The notes beneath the pieces are model-generated. The model saw nothing but the letters and a program-made list of their open reading frames with translations, did not search any database and was not told the origin of the DNA. A stretch of DNA of 58,208 nt, the filler included, from Bipalium vagum (lineage: Eukaryota): NCBI GenBank assembly GCA_037834085.1. It is 3 parts of 3 records of this genome, joined end to end, with 100 filler letters (N's around TTAATTAATTAA, not from the genome) between each part and the next. Parts side by side here need not be neighbours in the genome. Positions count along the whole stretch, not along the records: positions 1 to 17,858 come from JBBMKC010048361.1; 2 more parts are not named here. One strand, 5' to 3'. Shown here one piece after another: positions 1 through 12,970 of this stretch (the stretch's first letter is position 1; each line of letters opens with the position of its first letter). The translations under genes were made by a program, and so were the position numbers.

Positions 1-290
1 CTTTGAGTGAATTAGTTAGCAACTGGCATTTCCTTATTGCTCTTGACTTTGAATTAAGGTCTTCTTTAATAATTCTTTTCATTGTAGGTTCTGAAATACT
101 CATTTTTCTGGACATTTTAAGCATTGACCTCACAGGATTAACACTTACCCTGTTTTTGACTTTTTCAATCAATTTTTTTGTCCTTACTGTCCTTTTTCGT
201 GCTTTTCTGGGCTTCAAGGCGCTGCCATAGTTTGCCAGGTTTGATTTTATTTTATAGATCATTTTTTGAGACTTTATATGTATTATGATT
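1..290 (-). mobile_element. Tc1/mariner-superfamily (maT/DD37D-like) transposase N-terminal fragment, cut by the window edge
   Basis: Minus frame reads ...ARKRTVRTKKLIEKVKNRVSVNPVRSMLKMSRKMSISEPTMKRIIKEDLNSKSRAIRKCQLLTNSLK, the second-HTH region typical of maT-like transposases. Confidence 0.65.
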
Positions 291-3229
291 GTTTCAGTGG
301 AGTTTAGGTTTAAAATAAACTACAAAGGTCTAGAAAATTTCCAAAAATTATGTTAATTAAATTATTAATTGTAAATTTTATAGCTATATAAGTTTATTTT
401 TCAAATTTTTTTAAAAATTTCATATAGTCTATTGAAAGCTGTTATTAGAAATTAATGAAATTGAACTTCAATATTAGATAACTTTAATTTATCAATTCAT
501 AATATCAAGTTAGATAACTAATGAAAATCGCATTTAATTATTGTTCAAAGAATTGTTTAAATAAATTATTTGTATTTAAAACTGACATTACAAAAAAATC
601 ATTGTAATTTTGAGTTCTTCATCTAAGCTTTGAACCTTTGTTACTGATGTGTGGGTAACTATAATTTATTTATTTAAGTTTATAATTAAGTAATTTAATT
701 ATTTCATAACTTGGTAATATAGATTTTGTACGACTAATTTTGCATTAATCGTTTCAAAATACATTTATTAAATGGTTATGTATTTCTTAAAAAGTTAATT
801 TTACAATTTTGATATTCCTTTATATTGAGAATATTGTAATAAAGCTTAAATTAAAAGGATTATTTTGATATTTTAACTTAAACTTCGAATATAAAATTTA
901 ATTGGTTTGGTTTATTTTTAAATATGATCCAAAAATCGTTAATATTTAGTAATTTAGTATAATTTTTATTGAATACCAGTTTTAGACATGTTTTATTCTA
1001 CCATTAAATAAAAAGAATTAAATTTTTTTCATAATTATTTCTATCCATTTTTAGGTTTCAGGTTAGGGAAGTATATTTATCATGTTTGTATTTCTATTTT
1101 ACTTTTAAAGATAACATTCAATTTAATTGTTCGTGTTAGGATTGATAAGGAAGACAAAGAATCAGATTTAGTGATAGATGATTTAAAAACGGATATCAAA
1201 CTAATACTATTTCAAATTTTAGAGTAAAAATTAAGATTTTTGACAAATCTTAACTAAAAACATTAACAATCTGATAACACAAATCATTAAAAATCTATCA
1301 AAAGTGTTTATTCAGCAAATACAGGAACAAAGTAGGGATGAAAGTTAAAATAAAAAAGGTTCCAACTGTTAGTTCAGCACAGAAATTTAACATCAAAATG
1401 GAAAATCATTAAAAATGTATTCTACTTCTAAGAAGTAAGTAGTAGAAAAGAAAAGAAAATATTACTATTAAAAAGGGATGAAATTTACCAATTTCTTTCT
1501 AACACTAAGTTTTAAATAGTTTTCTGTGTTTCAACTCATCATCTTGATTTTTATCTATTTACCAAACAGACCAAGTTTTCCTTTTCCAGCTGCACCTCCG
1601 TTCTGTAATTCTCTGGGTCAAACTACCTCCTACCACACTTAACCATTCCTTCGCTATAAATATCAAAGGAAATCCTCTTAACCATTTTTGCATTGGCATA
1701 ATGCTGTATCATTTCTTCGAGGTATCCCTAAATTGCCATAACTTTCATTATCATTCCATAACAGACTGATTATAAATAATGATTATTGTTTATATAAATT
1801 TCATAAAAAATAAGTTAATTTGATAAGGATTAGATTATGTATTTGATAATGAATTATAATGAACACTTATGAAAACATGATTATCAATTGCACGTCAAAC
1901 AAGTAAAATACACTGTTTAGATCCTATTTTTTACCCGACCTTTTTTTAGACAAAATGTTCGCCTGTCTTCTAAAGTTTGACATTCTATTACGATATAAAA
2001 AATTCTGTATGTTATATTTATCCGACTCCAAATTCAATTTAAGTTGGTTTTCGACTCGGGACACAAATAATAATAATTAAATTTTATTAATTAACAATAA
2101 TCAGCGCTAATCATAATAAAGGAAATTAGAGTCAAAATAAAAAATGTCTATTTCAATCCTCGAGTTACAGTTTTTTGACCTCAATTCTCAAGATAATTTC
2201 TCGTCTTCAGATTTTTTCTTGAATCATAAAAACATGTTCTTTAGTGATAAACAAGAACATTTTACTTTGGGCACTGTTTCAAGAATAATTCTCTTCTTTA
2301 ATTCAGACCTTGAAATATTCAACTGTTTAAAATTAAAATGATTGGTTATTTTAACTTGTGTTATGAGAGATCCATAGTGTAACCTCAAAATGTACAATGA
2401 CAGCACGTGAATCGATAACAGATGGACATCAATATTCTTATCAATTTAAATATTTCATTTCAAATGGATGTTGATTTTTTTGCATTATCCAGAAGTATTA
2501 TCATGGAACTGATCTGAAGGATTTTCTTGAATAGAAAACTTTTCTCTATTAGTAAAGTATATAATAATTCTTTTTTATAGAAAGTAAAATGTTTTCTATA
2601 TACTGAAGGTATACCAAGATAAAACACTTAAAGGTTCAGATTTGGTCTTGACTCTTGACCATTTAAATAATAATTAATTATTTGGTTATCTAAAATTTAT
2701 TGGAATACAGTTCCTAATATGTTTAGTTCCTCATTCTGTAATATGATAAAAATTTTCATTAAAAAAATTTAAATATTTAAATATATTTGCATTTAAAATT
2801 TAATAATTAATAATAAATTTGATTCATTTAAACAATGATCGGTTAAATTTAAACAACGAAAATAATAGGGAACATAAAAATTATTTATATTCTTGGAATA
2901 GATAAACCAAAAGGTATCACGGAAATAAGAGTCAATTTATTGTCAGTTAATTGTTATTATCTGATGATTAACAGTATCGATTTATAGAGATTGATTATTT
3001 ATTCAGGTGTCCATAAAGTCTGGACACAGGATATTTTTTGTATGTAATTAAAATTAAGCTTAATTTTCTATTTTATTTTGGAAAACCTAACTCAATAGAT
3101 ATCAGTCCAAAATTTTTCTTTGTTCTTTTCATGAAAGTAGTTCTGTAAATCATGTTTCAATATAAATGTAATTCTTTAACTGTTTGTCTGGATCTGAGTT
3201 TTTTGTTTGATTTTTCAAAGTTTTTTCAT

Positions 3230-4830
3230 GAAGACAGTCCAGACAGAAGGAATTTTATCAAACGAAAGATTTTTATTATACGAAAAGCACATTATATGAC
3301 CACCAGGTTCAAGATACTTCAGATTATTATAAGTTATTTCGTTGCATCCAGTGACTGTTATCAACACCTTTTAGGTCATATATCACCTGCTACAATAGGG
3401 TGCAAAATCAACGAGTAAACACAAGCCTTGCAAAATTCACTAAAAGATCAATTCTCTATTATTCCATCGATTATGATGTACGAGTACAATGCAGAGCCAC
3501 GACCTTCATGAAGAGGGCAATCAGTCAGCTCAAATTTGTTCTTATTTCCGAGAAGTTCGAAAAAGCAGTCCTTCAGATTGTTAACTAAAGAGCAGGAAGT
3601 ACTGGGGTTGACAGAGTTAGTCGGATTAACGACGAAGTAACACTCTTATGAAATCAAGAAGAAGCATAAGTTGGTGAGAGTGAGGAGTCCAAAACAAAAA
3701 GAAAAGTACTGAAAAATTATTGATGTTTCTTAGATTAAGGACTGACAGTATATAATCAGTGCAACCATTCAGAATTGCTGTGGAAGCGTTGTAATCCCGG
3801 AAAGTATACCTGTCTCCTAGCTTCAGGTGTTCAAAGAAGGATTTGATGAAGGCATTAAACAGGAGAAACTTCATGTTCCTGGTTTTTAGTGCGGCAAATT
3901 TGACAGTTGTTGTCACCTCGTAAGTTTTATTGCCGTTATTAACATTATTATTATTTTTATTATAATTAACAATATTATTATTATCAATATTATTATTATT
4001 AATGTTCTCATTATAATTAGCATTATTATTATCCCTGTTATTACTATTATTATAGTTAATTTTATTATTAATGTTCATATCATTATTAATATTATGATTA
4101 TTATTATAACTATAATTATTATGTTTACAATTTAAAAGGTAGTAGTTACTGAAAGTTGATAATGCGCACAGATGTAGAATATTGCTAAAAAATCTGAGAC
4201 AATTCACAGACAATATCAGTTATAATTTTAAATTTATTAGTCAATAATGTCCCCATCAAGGTTGGTTTCGAAATGAGCAAGGTAAAAGGGCTGCAGGTCG
4301 GTTTTGCAGTCAAAGTTCCAGAATATCCTAATTTTTTCCGAAGTACTCCAAGGTTTTTGTTAAGAGTTGAGTGTAAGTGTTATAAATATAACACTTTTTG
4401 ATGATAATGAGAAGCGTGGAGAATGTGCCAGAAGTCATCTATAAAGAAGCAGATGACATCATGTAGGGATTTGAGGATTTTGAAATTGTGAAAATATTTT
4501 AATGATTTTGGATTTACAATCTAGAACATGAGGTTTTATTAAATTGTAAACGAAAGGGAATTTCGATCTCTGGTGAACTGATATTTCCAGAGTTAGCAAG
4601 ACTGGAGTTCATGCTAACTAGAAGTTGGATCACATGGGGAGTAAAACAATATATTAATAAGCTTTGAAGGTTCTGATTTTCGTTTTCTCGTTGTCAGTGT
4701 CGTTTTTCAAAAAGCAAATTGTGGCATTATATCTGTTATTGGTGTAGTAGGTTGATTCTGCTATCGTAGGCCGGCTTGGATATTTTGATTACTTTGTAAT
4801 GATATATGATTTTCTTGAATTGTGAATTAG
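3230..4830 (-). mobile_element. Possible highly degenerate Penelope-like retroelement
   Basis: Ordered minus-strand remnants KYPSRPTIA (P.RPII), CFFIDDF (RYIDD) and KPT..PFYLAHFET, in an elevated-GC stretch. Many stops and frameshifts. Confidence 0.3.
3935..4130. repeat. Degenerate (TTA/AAT)n low-complexity tract
   Basis: Visible trinucleotide periodicity. It produces the poly-Asn part of ORF 3626..4213. Confidence 0.85.
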
Positions 4831-5519
4831 AGTGGGTTTGCAAATTTCGGTATTTGTTTTCGTCAAATTCTGAACTCTTGATGAATTCTGGAGTAAATTA
4901 ATGTTCTTGTTAAATTCTGAATTCTTGATGAACACTGGAGTTATTTATAAAATTTCTTTTTTGTATAGTCGTTTAAAAATTCGTTTTCTGCTGTAAAATT
5001 TTTGTGTGAGTTCTCCATCTCTAACTCTCCTTTTTATACCAACTAATTTTATTTTCCTAATATGCAATTTTTTATTCATTTTACTTCTTTTTACTAGATT
5101 TATTTTCGATCAAATTCTAATATTATTTAAAAATCTCCGGTAATGTCTATTTATGGTAACCTGCTGTTGATCTTTTATAAATTTTTTCAATATTTAACAA
5201 TAATCTATATATGTACATTAGTTTTAATTAATTATATTATTTATTAATTTATTTACTATTAATTCATATATTTTTTTTATTTATCTTTCATGGATGATTC
5301 ACATAAAAACATTATTACAAATTAATATTTTTATTACAAATTTTTAACACAAAACAAATAACTGACAATTATTTACACCAAAATATTAAAAGATTTATAC
5401 AAAACAGCTATTAAAAAGGATCATAGTAATAATAATGTCTCAAAAATGTTTTTTATACTTTGTCATTTCGCGGCTGATGTCGCTGACTGGAATCGTTTGG
5501 TTAATTGGATTGATTGATC

Positions 5520-5893
5520 CGCCGCTGATGTTGTTGATTGCTCTTCTTTCCTCCTGTGCATTGCTCACCCCTGATAAACATGGTCTTATTTGGAAGAAGC
5601 TGCCAGAAAAGTCCTGTCTCTTCTAGGTTGAAGACGTCATTTGCGCTAAACTTTTTGAGTAAAGGCTGGAGAACCTGTTGTTGCCACTCAAGAAGAGATT
5701 GCGAATTTACTGCTCCAGCTTCACCCTGTACTGTCTTAAACACAATGCCGTGGCGCTTCTTAAAGTTATCTAGCCAACCGTCACTTGCCATAAAAATTTG
5801 GAAGTACATCAACTCGGCCATTTTCACAGCCTTTTCCTTGTTAAGATCTCCGCTGACAGGCAGATTTGCTCCTCTTTCCTGCTTTAACCACAT
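5520..5893 (-). mobile_element. Tigger/pogo transposase fragment (CENP-B HTH plus start of DDE_1; TIGD4/6-like)
   Basis: WLKQERGANLPVSGDLNKEKA...FMASDGWLDNFKKRHGI...GEA...DVFNLEETGLFWQLLPNKT...CTGGKKS. The first catalytic D of DETG appears as E, and both ends are truncated. Confidence 0.9.
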
Positions 5894-6973
5894 TCAAAGA
5901 AAATACAATCATGGTATAGTTTCAGGACAAGATTATGATGTGTGTGACATTTTAATTCGATTTTATATTCTGAATTATATATTGAGCTTATTGATTTTAA
6001 TAAAATATATTAATTTTATATTTTAAAAAAATTTTATTTAAACTAAAATTTAAACAAAAATGATTAACAAATTTTTACTCTTATCAAATTTGAAAAATCG
6101 TTAACCTTTTTTTAAATTTGGAAAGCAGCAAGCATTAAAATTAATCATGCATGAAAAAATAAAACGAAACAATTATTTAAAAAGTCAAAATGGCTTAGTA
6201 GTAATTTAATATTAATCAAATAATAATCAAACTTTTATTTTTAAAATTAAATTTTTCAATGTCAGTTTTGATAACCAATTTGATGTTATTTAGGTAATTG
6301 TTATCTTATAAGCTACCGTCAAGAAATAGATGCTCTGATTGCTGGTCATGTAAAACCTTTGTAATGTAAACTTTTGGGGATCTGTTTTATGTTGTACCTA
6401 TTGGATTTCTAAATTTTATTAAGAGATAAAGATGTAAAAAAGTAAGTATGTTTTAAAAAGGCATAAAAATTATTTTTATGAATAGATAATTTCAGGTGAA
6501 TCCTGTTAAAACTCATTGTTCGTTATAAAGAAATAATAACTAATAATAATAAATAATGTTTTTTGTCGAGCATCATTACCAAATAAAAATTTTAAGTTTT
6601 CAGAATATTTTAGCACTTTTGTATAGAAAAATATATTTTTCATAATAAAATGAAATGAATAAAATTATTAAATTCATATTTTGGAGTCATCACGGTCAGT
6701 ATGAAAAAGGAAAAAGAAGTAGAAGATATTGCCGAATCATTATCAATATTAGTTACATTTACAATTTCATTTATTTATGTGACTGATATTTGCACTTTCA
6801 GTTATGTTTTATTTTGGTTTATAATTAAGAATTTTATTTTTCATTATGTTCATTAATTATTTTAACAAAAAGAAAAAATTAAATGTTAAAAAATTATGAA
6901 TTAATAAAAAGATTAAATCACAATAATTAACAGTAAGAAATAATAAAATAAAATAATAAATAAAATTAAAAAC

Positions 6974-7355
6974 CTGAATCATATCCACTTGGTGTGATGA
7001 TCTGAGGAATGGTAGCCGTAGGATCTAAAATAAAATCAAAAATAATAATAATTAAATAGTTAAAAGAAAGTTATTTGTTTAAGACGTTCTCTGAAGATCT
7101 GTAAAAGAGAGAAAAAATATTAGTTTTAAAAAAAGTTACTTGTTCTAGAAAAGGTGAGACAACTTCCAATAACTAGGACAGGATCCTTATAAATAATAAG
7201 TTACGTAAAGTAATAAGAATAATAATAAAATGATAATAAATAAAATTTCAAACGTGGGTGCCATCATAAATTCATTTTTTCATAAGTTTTAAATTGTATT
7301 GTAATAGAGTAGACAAAACTACATGATTTGGATACAAATAGTTTCCAATGTGACT
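6974..7355 (-). CDS. Candidate micro-exon gene fragment of unknown product
   Basis: GC-richer blocks flanked by AG/GT on the minus strand: 7355-7323 (33 nt), 7172-7140 (33 nt), 7098-7086 (13 nt), 7024-6974 (51 nt). The spliced frame SHIGNYLYPNH-LLEVVSPFLEQ-IFRE-HPTATIPQIITPSGYDS is open. No homology recognised, and alternative splice choices give stops. Confidence 0.3.
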
Positions 7356-9469
7356 CTTCATAGAAAAAGTAAGATTAAGAATAGAGCAGTTAAAATAGTT
7401 AAAGAATTCTTATTTAGATAAAGAAATTTTTTCTGATCATTAAATGACAATAAACAGGGACGGAGAAATATTTAATTATTTTTAAATTACTTATTCTACA
7501 TAAATTTGTAGGGTTTTTACATTACTGCACGAAATAAAGTCAGAATGTCATACAGCTGCAGCAGTAATGTTTTTTAGATCATCCTCGGTAATTGCAAGAA
7601 TCTGTTTAGCCATTTCAACACGATATTAATTTTTAAAAAAATTAAATGCTTTTAGTACAAGATAACACAAACTAAATAGGTTTGGATCATCATGTCAAAT
7701 ATTTTATATTAAAGCTTGATAAACCAACTAGGTCTATGGGTCTCTTTGGATCAATTGACGATTGGAACATAAAAATACATTAATCATATTGAATTTTCTG
7801 CACGGGGGGTTCTACTTCGAATATTTTACGACCCCCACATGAACTGTACAATTTAAAAATTAATATCTTTAAAAACTATAACCGCAAAATTTTAACATTT
7901 TTAATGTAATCCGTACAAGAAATTGTTTTTCAAATAAAATTTAATAATTTTTAAACAAATTTTTCAAAATTAATAAAGCACATTTCTATCAGCTGATCAA
8001 AACAGTACTAAAACTAAAAAATATACACCTATATTCATAGCGCGCGTATTTTCAAAAAATACAATCGTGCTACTTTTATTTCTACAGTAAATGTATAAAA
8101 GCAGTTTTTAAAATTTCTTTTCTTAACAGTATTATTTTATTTAAATTTAAAATTTCTAATGTCATCCATATGTTAAAAATAGTATTTTGAAGCTTCCAGG
8201 AAAACTTGATTCTTGGTTTATTTTCTAAATTGATTAAAGTATTTTGAGATAATAAAAGTTACCTTGATATATTAAGATGAAAAAGTTGAAATTTGAAAGG
8301 AATGTGGACAAAATTAAAAATATTCTTGGGAGCTCGAGAGTAAAGTGAAACAATGGAAATCTTTATTTTTATAATGGAGTGCCTTCATAAGTATTTTTGA
8401 TATTTTTAATGTAATGTGAAAATAAACAATTTCAAATATGCGTTTTTAAGAAAATGTGTCTGAACGTAAAAAAATATTATTACAGTGCAATTTTGAAACT
8501 TGCTTGGGTATTTTTTATTAATATCTTTTTCAGTCAATTTGTAATATTCTAATAAATTATCGACACATGATATATTATATATATAAATTTTTTATAATTT
8601 ATCTTCATTATTATTAGATAAAAATTGATATTATAAAATGTTTCGGCTTTCTCCATTTTGTGAAATAATTTCTTTTTCAATTTTTGATTGGTAATGATTC
8701 ACAGATTTTCCTTTCCTTATTTTTAAAGTAGTCCATGGGTTTTGGCTGATTTCCAATTTCAGATTTTTTTTCCAGCCATTTTTCCAAGCTGATCTTAATA
8801 TTTTGTCAATTTTTCAGTTAAAATTAATAATAAAGATAATAAGTTAATATCTCGTTCTTAGTTTCCTAATTTATTGAAGTAAATTTCTCAATCAATACAG
8901 AAAAGAAGGAAAAGGACAAAAATTCTTATGCAATCGTCTTTGGTTAATTTCAGATAAAATTGTCACCAAAACAAGTCTTTTTCAGTTAAATCGCTACCAT
9001 CCGGCATCTTTCTTGTATTCCCCTGACAAAGACTTGTTAGCATTAATCAATAAAACGCAGGACATTTTATGTGAGACCAGGAAATAAAACGACTTACAAA
9101 ATAGGAGACTCGACATTAAAGGTTGTTATCTATTACCGACGATATTATAAATCCATAGTAAGAATTGATTGTGATATAAACTCTGTTCACTTCATCTTTT
9201 CTCATTTTTTGATGATCATTAGACTTTGTAGTTCGAATAAATTCTTCAAATGTCAACGAGATAGGTAAAATATTTTTTAGAGCTCAAGTTTGCAACATGG
9301 TTTAGTATCATTATTTTGTTTTTCTTTCTGAGATTATTCTCATATCTTTTGTGAGTGAGCGAGTGTAGCTGGAACCATTTTTCATTAATATCCACCCACG
9401 TATTTTATGTGCTACGGTGGTGTTATTGGTATCACTTTACACTTTAAGCCTACTGATCCTTTGTTATGA

Positions 9470-9790
9470 GAAGGGTGCATTGAAAAAACAAACAAGCATG
9501 AATTGTTTATCTGAAAAATTATTTTGCAGAGTAAAATTTTGGATTTTAGTATCTTTAAAAATGTGGAAAACGGCTAGAACGGATTTCGAAATTGCTGTTA
9601 GTCTCTCCATAATTGTCAATATAAGGTCTTCCAGAATCCTGTTTCCTATAAAATGTACCACAAATTTCTGGTTTAGTTTTTATTTACATCTAAAGCTTGA
9701 TATAATTCGTCGACCGTACCGTTTGGGTTTCATCCTTTTCAAAATATAATAAAAGCACTAATTTTGGGCCTTCTGAAAGAGTTGCCATTT
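9470..9790 (-). mobile_element. Degenerate Tc1/mariner (rosa/DD41D-like) transposase N-terminus
   Basis: MATLSEGPKLVLLLYF...GTFYRKQDSGRP, followed by an NNFSD remnant. Stops and frameshifts. Confidence 0.45.
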
Positions 9791-10149
9791 TAAAATTCGA
9801 AAATTTTCCAAATTAAAACAAATGTCAATTAAAAATAAAACGATTTACCTAAATTAAAATTAATTTTATTAATTTCTATTCTTTTATGTAATAAGTAATT
9901 AATCAATTTTTTAAACCTTATAATATTTTTCATTAGTATAAATTATATTAAATTAAATTATTAAATATTTTAATTATATTATAAAATTCTTACAACAAAA
10001 TTTGTGTTGAAAACAAATTTGATTTGGTTTATTTCTTCTTTTGGTCCTAGGGAATATTGAAAAAGTGCCAGAGAAAGGAAAGATACAACAATATTATTTG
10101 TTCCTTTTCTGTTGCCTTGTTATGATTCTGGTTTTATATAGTGTGAAGA

Positions 10150-10660
10150 TGGGCAGTGTGTCCTCCACTAGCACCCTAACTGCTAAGTTTATTTTAATCC
10201 ACAATTTATTATGAGAATTAACTTTTACTTCTCTTTTGTCACTTAACCAACGAGGTCAACTGACAATGTCCTCTAATTGTCCATTTAAAAATCTACATCT
10301 AACTTCATACTTTAGGAATGTATTTGTGCAATCACTGAACACTGACTTTGATCTCAGGTACCGGAAATCATTTAGATGTCGTATTCAACAAAAGACTACG
10401 GGTCATTAAGGTAGACTTCATTGATGGATTTCCAATCTATTTTTGTCGTGACACATTTAAACTTGTGTCACATCAAATCTACTAGGTAATTATATATCTG
10501 AAGTATGTTTTCTGCTGGGAGATTACAATGTTAAAGTCTCAACCATTGTATTTTATAAGGTGGATAGGTAATCAAGAATATGCATTGATTTTCTGTAACA
10601 GAGGTCTCAATGTAGTCTAGGTTTCCATTTAGTTGTTGGTACATATCCAATCTTTTATTG
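10150..10660 (-). mobile_element. Possible LINE endonuclease-region relic
   Basis: Remnants IGYVPT (YAPT-like) and G*DFNI (GDFN) in the expected order. Heavily decayed. Confidence 0.25.
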
Positions 10661-10724
10661 TTGTGGAACAATCAGATACATGTAATGATTGTAGTGATAA
10701 CGTTAATGCATTTATTTCAATATC

Positions 10725-10910
10725 AAACCTATTATTTGTATTGGAAGTGTAGAATCCATATTTTTATGGGAAAAATAATAGTGAACCTATTTCATGAACA
10801 TTGTAACCTCAGCAACAATTTCCAAGGATATCAAATCATCGATAAATATTTGGTATTTGTTTGTGGATGTTATATGAAAACCAAATGATAAATTGTGTCC
10901 AAGCCAAAAT
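10725..10910 (+). repeat. Dispersed repeat copy A (copy B at about 12745-12970)
   Basis: Shared blocks aagtgtag, aacctatttcat, aacctcagcaa and ataaatatttggtatttgtttgtggatgt occur in the same order in both copies. Confidence 0.8.
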
Positions 10911-11229
10911 CAATATATATTGTAAAGGCCTAAACTAATTATTAAGAAATGAATGTTAGATGAAGAGTGTACACAAGTAACTGAAAAGGTTAGGTTATTC
11001 AAATGACAGCTCTATACAGCATAGGAATTATTTCAACAATAATACTTCTATAATGCCTCATTTCAAGTCTTTTAATGGCGTTAGATATTCAATGTAAAAA
11101 ATAAAATAAGATTAATTTTATTTTAATTACAGTTTTTTATTGATGTTTTGATTTGTGAATGTTTTCGCTTAATAATCAGTCGGTTTGGGCTATTGAATGT
11201 TAAGTTACAAGTCAAAAGGATGGATTTTC

Positions 11230-11750
11230 TGTTCGTTGATCAACTTTAAAATACTCTATTAGTGGATAAATTAATTTCAGGGTCGTACGAGTATATCTAC
11301 GTTTCAGTGATGATGTTCTAAATTAAATTTGAATGACTTCTGTTAAATTCCTGGAACATTTTTGGTACCATTTAACACGACAGTCTTTTTCAGATGTCAA
11401 ATGATGTGGTACCCTTCTACTGCAAAGTATGCGTACTTTCAGATGTCAAAATGATTTTAATTGTTAAATTCCAATATCACCAAATGGATTAAGTTAACTG
11501 TATGCAATACGCCGATCTCTTTCAATCATATTACGCACATCATCAATATCAGTGGCTGAAACAGGCATTGAGAACTACCACCAAGAAATTTTTATTCTAG
11601 AATTTTGTGCCAACACTGGAATTTTTTGAAAAATTTCGAAATTAAACGGAACTCCAATAAATGATCAATATCAGTGATCAATATCTAGACATTGGTTCAG
11701 TGTAAGGCCTAATCAAACATCATAGTAAATCATCGAACGACAATTATTCC
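11230..11750 (-). mobile_element. Mariner transposase pseudogene (N-terminal half)
   Basis: MIYYD..LGLT..QCLD, TDIDDVRNMIERDRRI, LCSRRVPHHLT...RVKW (WVPHEL motif). Confidence 0.8.
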
Positions 11751-12129
11751 GTGAAAGTTTAATATCTTATTTAAATGATCATTATTTTTAGATTTATTAT
11801 TTTTAAGCTGGTTTTAGGTTTACATGTCACTTAATAAATTTATGGACAATATTTTTTGTATTTAACTTGCATTTAAAAATGGATAACGAGGGTATTGTGA
11901 ATAATCATGTTAGACATTTTTATGTATTCGATTTGAGCAAAATGTTTCAGAAACAACCAATTGCTTGAAGCTTTTATAGAATTTTTATCTGTTATCAATT
12001 TTAATAGTTCAGAAAATCGATCTATTTGTTCTCCATTCCCTTCTAATTACATTCACACAATGAAGTCTCGAAGTTTCTAGTCTTCATCCAATCCTTTATT
12101 AGACCCCACATTGACTCAATTCGATTTTT

Positions 12130-12720
12130 ATGAGTACCATCCTCAGCTTAAAAATTAAGTGATTATATTTATATTTATTTTATTCAAAAATTTACCTACG
12201 AATGCCAAAATCTGAAATCGTCATTGGTGGAAAATCAAATTTTGATACAATTGATTGAATCAGATCCGAGGCACGTTTGAAGTGTTAGATAATTGAGAAA
12301 CCGAAAATGATAATTTACAACGAATCGGATATCCTTTTCGGGAAGAAATTTGGATGATTGAATATTGAGTGAAAATTTAAAGTCTTTAAGAATTACACTT
12401 TGCAATTCAAATTAGATTCATAATGAGAATAAGTCATTTCTTAAGAAAATAATAATATCAGATGAAAATTATGCAGCATGAAAATTCATATAAAAGAATA
12501 AAAATTAAGTCCAGGTGAATCAGTATGTCCGCCTTTAAAACCAAATTTATAAAAAAAGCATTTAATGTTTGCTGGGAGGGATTTTAAAAGATCAATGTAT
12601 TGGAAGCTGGACAAACGATAAGTTCTTTGTGGACAATTAAGATCGGTTTTGACAAATAAATGCCCGAAAATGATTAACAGAAAATGTGTTCTTTATTACA
12701 TAAAACCGCCACTTGAAAAA
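12130..12720 (+). mobile_element. Mariner transposase pseudogene (deleted, degenerate)
   Basis: SLVENQILIQLIESDP, FLKKIIISDE (TGDE) and KCPKMINRKCVL remnants. Confidence 0.65.
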
Positions 12721-12744
12721 TTGCTCAATTATTAATTTCAAGAT

Positions 12745-12970
12745 GAAAACTATTATTGGTATTGAAAGTGTAGTATCAATATTTTAATGGACGAAAATGA
12801 TTGTAAACCTATTTCATAAAAATTGCAACCTCAGCAAAAATTTCAAATAAATTCTCATTTTTTTCGCAAAGAATATACAACCATGTATAAATATTTGGTA
12901 TTTGTTTGTGGATGTGATCAAATTGTATGAAGACCTAATAATAACCATCAAATGTAAAACCAAGAAAATA
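12745..12970 (+). repeat. Dispersed repeat copy B (copy A at about 10725-10910)
   Basis: Same conserved blocks as copy A, including an identical 29-nt core. Confidence 0.8.

Noticed and set aside
3626-4213. 195-aa Asn-rich ORF
   Set aside because: Held open by an AAT-type microsatellite. No domain or splice support.
5538-6026. 162-aa + strand ORF
   Set aside because: Antisense shadow of the Tigger transposase fragment.
6294-6530. Possible + strand small exons (YRQEIDALIAGHVKP...)
   Set aside because: Several incompatible splice paths on both strands and no homology. Not supportable without RNA data.
7140-7270. In-frame TAG in one splice path (MMAPTILS*LLEVV), suggesting stop-codon reassignment
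   Set aside because: The same TAG works as a splice acceptor. The 921 spliced MAP3K4 codons and the cyclase exons contain no in-frame stops.
10448-10471. Perfect 8-bp hairpin GTGACACA...TGTGTCAC
   Set aside because: Expected by chance in 58 kb. No associated terminus or second copy.
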